In this document: positions 55,801 to 64,000 of the stretch, piece after piece | Layout of the letters: every line of letters begins with the position of its first letter | How positions within the stretch are numbered: position 1 is the first letter of the stretch | NCBI RefSeq assembly: GCF_018977255.1 | Contig: NW_024704770.1 | Coordinates: 2,542,001 to 2,606,000, forward strand | Direction: 5' to 3' | DNA: 64,000 bases | Origin: Callorhinchus milii | Taxonomy: Eukaryota | Notes under the pieces: model-generated | Seen by the model: the letters and a program-made list of their open reading frames with translations, nothing else | Databases searched by the model: none | What the model was told of the DNA's origin: nothing | Program-made: the position numbers and the translations under genes

Positions 55801-56884
55801 GATTGGGATTGATATTCTGTTGGTGGTCGGACATAGCTGGGGACTAGATCTCCAAAGTCCACAGCGCCCCCTCACTCAGGGGAGCCTCCCAGAGCGCTTG
55901 ACAGTGGCGGAGGGAGTGGGGGAGGTGATCGAATAGGAAGGTCTTCAGGAGCGACCTGAACGTGGGGAAGGAAGGAGGGAGGGAAGGGGAATAGCGGAGG
56001 GAGGGATAGAGGAAGAGTTTCGGGGAGTAGTGGCTGAAAGTACGGACACCAATGCTGGAACGGGCAGAGATAACGGGCAGTGACGAGACCTCAACATTAA
56101 CCTCTTTCAAATGAACAAACTAATCGGGATCCACGGGGTGAGTGTGAACCTTGACATTTCTGGATTCAAATTACAAATGTGTGCAGTTGTGTGCATTTAT
56201 TCGATTGCGTGTGATCAGATGTGTGCAAGAATCATATACGTGTTGACAGCTATGTTATAGTGAGTGCACAAGTACCTGTGTGTGTGTGTGTGTAGAAGTG
56301 TGCAGGGATGCTCGAAAAAGTCTCTGTGCTTGTTAACCTATCGTTAATTCCAACCTTGCCCCTGCCCAGCACCTTGGGACTACCTGCCAAAGTGAAAGGT
56401 GCTGTTGTTGTCCTGATCACCACCCTAGTTACTGATGTTCTCCCTCCTGCAGCAGCTCTGGTCTGGCTCAGCTGTCTCTCCTGCAAGACCTCGAGATTCT
56501 GAACACTGATAGGGAGACTTAAACTTGTCCCGAGCCATCAGGAGAACTCACACCTCATCCCTGAGGTGTTGCGGACTGGAATCCCCTTGATGTCTTGCTT
56601 GATGTGCAGTTGATGGATGAGTTGCTCAGTTGACAGGTACGTAGCGGAAGGGTGTTTAACGACGACACGACTGTGGTTGGTTGAGGAAAATAAGTGGCTA
56701 CTGGGCTGAGATGCTGCTCTGCGGTCAGAGTGAACTACAGAAAACATACTCGCACAAAGAGTACACACTCACATCGCTGAACAGAAAGTTTTTGGTCTGG
56801 CCATTAGTCGTCAGCACATGTAGAGTTCAGTAACTTCACCTGTTACTGGGGGGGGTGGTGTCTTTCTGTGAGGTTATACCCTGA

Positions 56885-57175
56885 TGTGTGTGTGTGTCTG
56901 TCTGCGTGTCTGAGTACGTCTGTGTGTGTGTGTTTGTCAGTCTGTGTCTGTTTGTGTGTGTGCATGTCTGCATGCGTGTGAGTATGTCTGCATGTGTGTG
57001 TGACTGCGTGAGTGTGTCTGCTGTGACTGCGTGAGTGTGTCTGCTGTGTGTGTGTGTGAGTATGTCTGCATGTGTGTGTGTGTCTGTGTGTGTCAGCGTG
57101 TGTATGTCTGCATGCGCGTGTGTGTGTGAGCATCACCCCTGTTACGGGGCTGTCTCTGTGTGTGTATGTGTGTGC
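56885..57175. repeat. Imperfect (TG)n/(CA)n microsatellite in the S1PR2 3' UTR
   Basis: Seen directly. Similar tracts at 13720-13875 and 46460-46640. Confidence 0.85.
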
Positions 57176-57221
57176 CGCGAGCCTCACCCTCCATTGCGGT
57201 GCTGTGCGTGCCACGGGCGAT

Positions 57222-58301
57222 TCACACACACGTGGTGCACTCGGGCATCATGGGGGAGTCCGGGGACTCGTGCCTGTGGTACGATCGCTCCGAGGTGCTG
57301 GTGCTGCGCAGAGCCAAGAGGCACTTCTCCGGCCTCCAGCCGTCTCCCAGGAACCCGCAGCAGCAGATCACCTTCAGGAAGGCCCTGCGCATGTCCTTGC
57401 TCCGCAGCGTGTAGATGATGGGGTTCATGGCTGAGTTCAGGGTGGCCAGGCCTAGAAAATACTCCGCCTTGTACAGGATCTTGCAGGCCTGGCCCATGCA
57501 GGCCACGTCGAAGAGAAGAATGATAAACGCTGGCGCCCAACACACGATAAAGACTCCCAGCACGATGGTGACCGTCTTGAGCAGCGCCAGGTTCTGTGAC
57601 GCTGCTGCCTCATGGTGACTGGACCTGACGATCAGATAGATCCTTACGTACAGGATGACGATGGACAGGAGAATGACAGTCAGGACGGTCAGGACGAAGA
57701 GAATGTAGCGCTTGGAGTAGAGCGGCAGCACGATCGAACACTGCAGGAGGTCGTCCATGCAGTTCCAGCCCATCAAAGGCATCCCCCCGAGCAGCATCGA
57801 GAGAATCCAACAGCCGCTGATCAGCAGGCACATTCGGCTGTTCTTCTCGCTGCCGTACAGCTTGACCTGCACGATCGCCGCGTGCCTCTCGATGGCGATG
57901 GCCAAGAGGCTGAAGACGGAGGCCGCCAGGGTGATGAACATGGTCCCCTCCCGGACGAACCACTGCAGGGGAGTCAGGGTCAGAGTCTTGCCTCCCGAGA
58001 AGACCACGTTGAAGATGTAGGCCAGCCCGGCGAGCAGGTCGGACAGGGCCAGGTTGCCGATGAAATAGAACATGGCCGAGTGGAACTTCTTGTACCTGCA
58101 GATGGCCACCAGCACCAGCAGGTTCTCGAGCACGATGAACGAACACAGGACGATGAAGAAGATGGAGATGTAACTGAGTTCCATGGTCTGGTATTTGCTG
58201 TGGTCAAGCTTGCCCGTGTGGTTATAGTGCACAGCTATCAGATGCTTGTTGTAGTACTTGTTTAAGGTGCTCATGGTCTCAGCTGGGTAGGGCTCAGGCA
58301 T
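57222..58301 (-). CDS. S1PR2: Sphingosine-1-phosphate receptor 2, single coding exon (start at 58301 or ~58274)
   Basis: 359-aa 7-TM ORF with HYNHTGK, ENLLVL, KFHSAM, LTPLQWFVREG, SLLAIAIERH, VKLYGSEK, GWNC...CSIVLPLY, ALLKTVTIVLGVFIVCW, NPIIY. KFHSAM and VKLYGS match S1PR2 specifically. Acceptor CTGCAG at ~58497; AATAAA on the minus strand at 54686-54691 implies a ~2.5-kb 3' UTR. Confidence 0.93.
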   Translation of the reverse strand: MPEPYPAETMSTLNKYYNKHLIAVHYNHTGKLDHSKYQTMELSYISIFFIVLCSFIVLENLLVLVAICRYKKFHSAMFYFIGNLALSDLLAGLAYIFNVVFSGGKTLTLTPLQWFVREGTMFITLAASVFSLLAIAIERHAAIVQVKLYGSEKNSRMCLLISGCWILSMLLGGMPLMGWNCMDDLLQCSIVLPLYSKRYILFVLTVLTVILLSIVILYVRIYLIVRSSHHEAAASQNLALLKTVTIVLGVFIVCWAPAFIILLFDVACMGQACKILYKAEYFLGLATLNSAMNPIIYTLRSKDMRRAFLKVICCCGFLGDGWRPEKCLLALRSTSTSERSYHRHESPDSPMMPECTTCV

Positions 58302-59598
58302 CCCCTCTATCCAATAATAATTATTATTGTTGTTATGATTATTATCCTACAAAAGCCCCCGGCTGCTCGCTGACCTCCTCAAGGGCATTGTGGCTTCTTC
58401 AACACACACACACACGCACACACACACTTCCAAGGCTTCCCGTGGGTTAAGGTTCCAGCGGTCTCCAACCCCTCACTCACCTTGCTTTATCGTCACCTGC
58501 AGAAATCATCAGAGATTAGTTAAGGATAATAATGATATAATAGTAATCGTCGCATTCTTAAACACCGGAAAGTAATCCGCCAATCGACTAATAACAGGGT
58601 TCCTACTTACTCGTGGGTAAACAGAGGTAAAATACCTGAAGGAGGATACAACGGTAACAACACCTCCGATTTGCATTTATGTAGCACTCCTCACAAAGGT
58701 CAGTGTTCCAGCTAAATAATAATAATCCTTGCATTTTTGATAACGTGTCTCATCACGTCTTCGAGACGCTCTCAAAGCGCTTCACGGAATATACTGTAAA
58801 GTGAATTGATTGTATATTCTGTGGGCGAAACTGATGCTCTTACCTAAACGTGGCTGTTAGATTGATAGACGTCATCGTCAGTGTTGAGGTTACAGCCACG
58901 TGGAGAGAAATGCAGACAGAAAGTCTGAAGGCATCAATCATCCAGAGAATATAGAAAGGGGAAGTGAAAGACCACTGTAATTTCGAATTGTCGGAGGGAG
59001 ACACGAGTTTCAGCCAATGTCCCTGAACCAGTCAGCCGACGTTTCACCCAGTCTTTGCCTGGGAGATCATTCAGTCACCCACTATCCAGTCTCTGTTCCC
59101 CTTGCCTATGTGTATTTCAGGTGAGCACAGAACAGTTCTGTCTACAGTCAGTCAGGGTCTGCCAACACCTGGCTTGTAAATGAGCGTATCTGCTGTGCGC
59201 AATTGGCGACAGCGTTTCACCCATGAGTGTGAAAAGCGATCCGCCAATTGACTAACAACTGGATTCCTACTCGTTGCCAGGTAAACAGAGGCGTGTGTGT
59301 GGAGTGATCTGAACACAGCACTCCCCTTCCCAACGCAGTCCATCACTCTCAAACCCCAGCCTCTGTTATGGGGACAGGCCACTGATCAGGCCTTGAGCAG
59401 AGAGTGAAATTTACAATTTACACTGTCAACACGGTATAGACATGGACACATATGCGCACACATGCACACACAGGCACACACACAGTGTGATCAAATACTT
59501 GATTCACCATCAACGAGATGCAGATCATCAATCCTGCACAGCTCAAATGCGCAAATAGCTGTATCGCTCCATTCAGTCTTGACACAACTGCTGATTGT

Positions 59599-59988
59599 GG
59601 AATCCTGTAGCTCAGTGGTTAGAGCGCTCGCCTCGCAAGTGAGAGGACCTGGATTCGATTCCTGGCAGGGGGAACCATTGGGCAAGTTTCCTTACTCCAC
59701 ACGCAAGCCTCTGTTGACCCAGCAGTAAGTAGGAACCCGGTTGTTAAGTCGATTGGTGAGTCGCTTTTCCGGGGGTACCAAACCCTTTCCAAAAAAATAA
59801 TAATGACTTGGTCACTCACTCAATCCCTGACTGTTTGTGGGATACTCCTGTGCGCAACGGGCTTTCACAGTCATAGTCACAACGGGCTTTCACAGTCATT
59901 ACACGTCACAGTATGCTCTGTGAAGCGCTTTGAAACGTCTTGAAAACATGATAAGGCGCTGTATCAAATGCGAGGACAACTATTATTA
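59599..59988 (+). mobile_element. Deu-type tRNA SINE, full length
   Basis: Matches family consensus. Confidence 0.85.
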
Positions 59989-60952
59989 CATTAACAATAA
60001 AATTGTTGATATAATATTGAAAGGTAACAATGCACAAAGCTCTCATCATGTGCTCTGGTACAGATTTAGCTCCAAAAAACAAAATGGTGCTTGCAGAGTA
60101 AAGTAAGTGTTGTATAAAGGCTGCAAAACTGAAATTCTGAGTAACTGATAGGTTTGAAGCTCTGGTTTTTGTGGCTAAATGGCAATGAACTCTTCACTAC
60201 ACAGCAACCGCCACATTAGCATGTAAGCACACCTGGTTGACACCAGAGATAAGAGAATTAAAACCAGACACTAGAAACCTGCCTGCATTAAGTGATTAAG
60301 AGCTTTGATATGACTCGAAAACGTGATAAGGCGCTCTATCAAATGCAAGGATTATTTTTATGAACTGCAGGCAACAACAACTTGCATTTATATTATATGA
60401 TTGGGTTGGGTACTGTACCCTCTATATACTGAATATGGTACGTGACACATGTCATGCAAAACTCATCAGTCATTGCCGTGGAAACTGATGAGTTCTTTTT
60501 TGCTTGTCTGCGACGATGACAAATGATTCTATTGAGCATCGACATCGCAAGTTCAGTGTGGATTTGATGAGTGTGTTACCAGAAGCAGCAGGAAACCCAG
60601 GCTATCTCTTTGCCATTTGCAAAATCATTTCATGTTTGATAACTTTTATTCTGTGTCATTTCCTCCCGTTAGATCTGCCTCCTCCATCCGAGAAGCCAAA
60701 CCACCCACACTTGTTCTGTCGTTGTGATTGATTGTCTCTCTCCAATGTGGAGGACAAATTTGCAGAGCTACGGGGAGAGAGCAGGGGAGTGGGATTGATT
60801 TGGGTAGCTCTTTACAAAGGGCAGGCACAGACACGATGGGCCGAATGGCCTCCTTCTGCGCTGGCTATATCATTCTATGATTCCATGATTCCAACCCAAT
60901 GAGGCACATGGGCAAGAGGTGAAATCCTCGCTCTCCAAAGTCCATGAAAAAA

Positions 60953-61355
60953 AATAATAATAATCCTTGCATTTGATACAGCGCCTTATCACGTCTTCGA
61001 GACGTTTCAAAGCGCTTCACAGAATATACCGTAAAGTGAATTGACTGTATAGTTTATGGGCAGAACACGGCAGCCAATTACGCACAGCAGCGTCTGAAAA
61101 AACAGTCGTGGACTGAGTGACCGATTTATTATTTTTTTAAATAACATTTTTGGAAGAAATTATTACCTCCCAAAAAAGTGATGCGCCAATCGACTAACAG
61201 CCGGGTTCCTACACACTGCTGAGTAAACAGAGGTGTGCGTGCGCGTGTGGAGTAAGGAAACTTGCCCAACGTTTCGTCCTGACCCGCCGGGGCATCGAAC
61301 CCAGGTCCTCTCGCTTGCGAGGCGAGTGCTCTGACCGCCGAGCTACAGGACTCCA
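60953..61355 (-). mobile_element. Deu-type tRNA SINE, full length
   Basis: Reverse complement of the family consensus, including the GGAGTCCTGTAGCTC head. Confidence 0.87.
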
Positions 61356-61926
61356 CTGGCCGTTACAGTAACGCAGTGTTACTGGTGGCAACTGGGTGTC
61401 TGGTGCCTGCCCTGGCGCTGCTGCCGGGTACACCACTGGCAATACCCAATCTCACCCATCCTCAAACCCATCCTCCAGCACAATGGGAGCTCAAGGTTCA
61501 CACACAACTGTCGGGATTGAATGCCCTGCTCTCCGCACTAGCTCTGTGCTAATCTGCTGCTTTTTGATCGTCTTGGCTGAAACTCTTCGGCCACAGCTGC
61601 CTCTGATCACAAACGAACCTGGAACTAATCAACCCACGCCATAGCCCTGACTCCTAGCCTGACGTAGGAGGCACAGAGAGAGCGAGCGAGAGAGAGAGAG
61701 GGATAGGGAGCCTCACTCTGTATCATCATGCCTCAAGCTGTCCTTTGCACAGACTAACTATTCAGTTACCTCACTTAGGAGGCAGTTGGCTGCACAATAC
61801 TTTTACTCCAGCTGCCAACAGACCTTTGCTCTATACCCTGCAGGCTCAGGCATTTTGTGAGCCTAATTCTTGCAGTTGATATAACGGCCATAAGTGCAAG
61901 TTGTCATAGTCGTTCTTTCTCTTTGT

Positions 61927-62305
61927 GGAGTCCTGTAGCTCAGTGGTTAGAGCACTCGCCTCGCAAGCGGGAGGACCAGGGTTCGATTCCCAGGCAAGCA
62001 GGGCAAAACGTTAGGCAAGTTTCCTTACTCCACACTCACGCACTTAGTAGTAAGCAGGAACCCAATTGTTAAGTCAATTGTCGGATCGCTTTTCCAGGGG
62101 TGATAATCCCTTCAAAACAAATAATAATAATAATTTGGTCACTTCAATCCACAACTGTTTGTGGGACACAGCCGTGCGCAATTGGCTGCCGCAAAATATA
62201 CACTCACTACACTTTACAGCGAAGCACTTTGAGGCGTATTGAAGACGTGATGAGGCGCTATATCAAATTCAACATTTATTATTAATATTATTATTATTAT
62301 TATTA
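61927..62305 (+). mobile_element. Deu-type tRNA SINE, near full length, intact A/B boxes
   Basis: GGAGTCCTGTAGCTCAGTGGTTAGAGCAC...GGTTCGATTCC head and (TTA)n tail. Confidence 0.87.
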
Positions 62306-62799
62306 TCAAGACACGACCTACAGTCACATTAATGTGAGAAAGAGCATTTTCGAAAAAAACCTCTCAATGAAGACCTTTGTTTAATGAGTAAGGATTTACA
62401 CGGCCACCATAATGACCACAGCAGAAAGGAGTTAATGTTTCTTTGCACAGAATCTGGCCAAGCCTTCTGTAAATGATGAAGCCGGAAGTAGTGAGTCACC
62501 CACTCCCGAGTTACTCTCCCTCTAGCCCCCAAGTCTCTCTGTGATCACTATGTGTGTGATGGGGTCACAACCCCAGTCTATTGCACTCCGGCTGACGAAA
62601 AAAAAACTTTCAAATAGGATGATCACGAGCAGAACACTTCTAATGAAACCGAAAGATATCAGATAAATGTAATATCAGTCATCGCATCAAAAATTCAGTG
62701 TGGCTTTGCGTTACCAGAAGCAACTATATTTCTTTGCCATTTGCACAATCAGCTCATGATTAATAACTTTTATTCCATATCATTTCCTTCCCTGTTAGG

Positions 62800-63095
62800 T
62801 TTAAGTAAATATAAAATTGTCAAACGGACCAGAGGGGAGATGGTAAATGTTTTCATGCAGCGAGTTGTTTGGATCTGGAATGCGTTGCCTGAAAGGATGG
62901 TGGAAGCAGATTCGATAACAACTTTCAAGAGAGAAGTGCATAAATATTTGGGGAGGACAAATTTGTAAGGCTGTGGGGAAAGCTGGGGGCGCGAGGGGGT
63001 TCATTTGGATAGCAGATAGCTCATTCAAAGAGTCAGGCATGGGCACGGTGGGCCGAATGGCCTTCTTCTGTACTGTATAATTCTATGATTCTATC
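62800..63095 (+). mobile_element. CR1 LINE 3' end
   Basis: Translation FMQRVVWIWNALPERMVEADSITTFKREVHKYL, then GGGCCGAATGGCCT and an ATTCTATGATTCTAT tail. Related pieces at ~60750-60892, ~53380-53470 and ~47720-47910(-). Confidence 0.85.
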
Positions 63096-64000
63096 TTCGT
63101 AGATTCCCTTTATTGGCGTGAATTGGTTCCAGCCCACAGCCCTCGCTATGCTTTCACTCCACAGCTATTTGTGGGATGTTGCTGTGTGTAAATTTATACC
63201 AAATACAGTCACTCTACATTACAGGAAATCCTGTGAAGTGCTTTGAAATGTCCTACTGCATGCGCTCTTCTCCTGCAGCGCCCCTCACGCTCCCCTGCGC
63301 GAGGGGCGCCGTGTAAAAGAAGCACTTTGAGACGTCTCAAAGGTGTGATATGGCGCTATATCAAATGCAAGGATTATTATTATTATTTGTTAACTTATTG
63401 TTACTGTTGAAGTGCTACATACCACACAGCTGTGCTCTCCCTACACCTCACTTCACCCAGCTAGGTAACGTTGGCACCTGGTAGATATATGCCCCGATTT
63501 ACATTTGCCAGTTGCTGGGTGTTTGTGGGACATTCCAGAGGAAACAGTACATGTCGGAGCGAGTTTAAAATGAGAATGTGAAACTTAATTGTAGAGAAAT
63601 TTCTGCCCGGTAATCTGCTGGGGGATTTACACCAGAGAATGAAACAACATAAGGTAGACATGAGGTGCAACAGAGTTGAGCTGCTGATAAGTCAGAGATA
63701 AAGTCCCCATGTCACCCCCTTACCAGCTACTCTTTCTTATCCACTCTGCAGTTAATTCCCACATGTACGCGGATGGCACCCGACGCTATCTTTTGCCTCC
63801 ACCAGTCGACTCCAGGACCAATGCTGTCCTGACGGAATGTCTGACGGACATCAGGTAATGGATGAGAGCTAAGTTTCTCCAGTTGAGCAAGATAATAATA
63901 ATCCTTGCATTTGATACAGCGCCTTATCACGTCGTCGAGACGTCTGAAAGCACTTCACAGGATACACTGTAAAGCGAATTGTCTGTATAGTTTGTGGGCG

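Noticed and set aside
57610-58265. Alternative-frame and antisense ORFs over S1PR2
   Set aside because: Expected shadow ORFs of a GC3-rich coding exon.
61927-62000. tRNA-Ala(CGC/TGC)-like genes at SINE heads
   Set aside because: No closing acceptor stem or terminator; each continues into the SINE body and recurs dozens of times.

Overview
Eukaryotic (vertebrate) genomic DNA, not prokaryotic. It is gene-dense with short introns. The repeat landscape (a tRNA-Ala-headed Deu-type SINE with an L2-like tail, many L2 and CR1 LINE 3' fragments, one Penelope-like inverted repeat) points to a cartilaginous fish, probably a holocephalan (inference). Gene order: TNPO2 (+, 22 coding exons here, first exon upstream), FBXW9 (+), a 72-aa G-protein gamma subunit at the GNG14 syntenic position (-), DHPS (+), WDR83 (-, first coding exon lost at a 25-N gap), the 5' part of GTF2F1 (-, cut by the same gap), YJU2B/CCDC130 (-), a 260-N gap, and S1PR2 (-). 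All have human orthologues on 19p13. The main non-coding result is six intronic box C/D snoRNAs in TNPO2, one per intron: three SNORD41-like copies with the 28S guide TATTCGTACTG, and three copies of a second family whose conserved D' guide appears complementary to 18S rRNA. Both families were duplicated with their flanks. Other observations: a relic minimal hammerhead-ribozyme core in a palindromic element, overlapping DHPS/WDR83 3' UTRs, retroelement tails at or forming splice acceptors, an array of donor-like GTGAG motifs after the ATG exon of YJU2B, and a false GTF2F1-WDR83 fusion across a gap. Exon boundaries were read by eye from GT/AG signals and remembered human proteins, and repeat boundaries are approximate. 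Most short ORFs in the supplied track are repeat noise.
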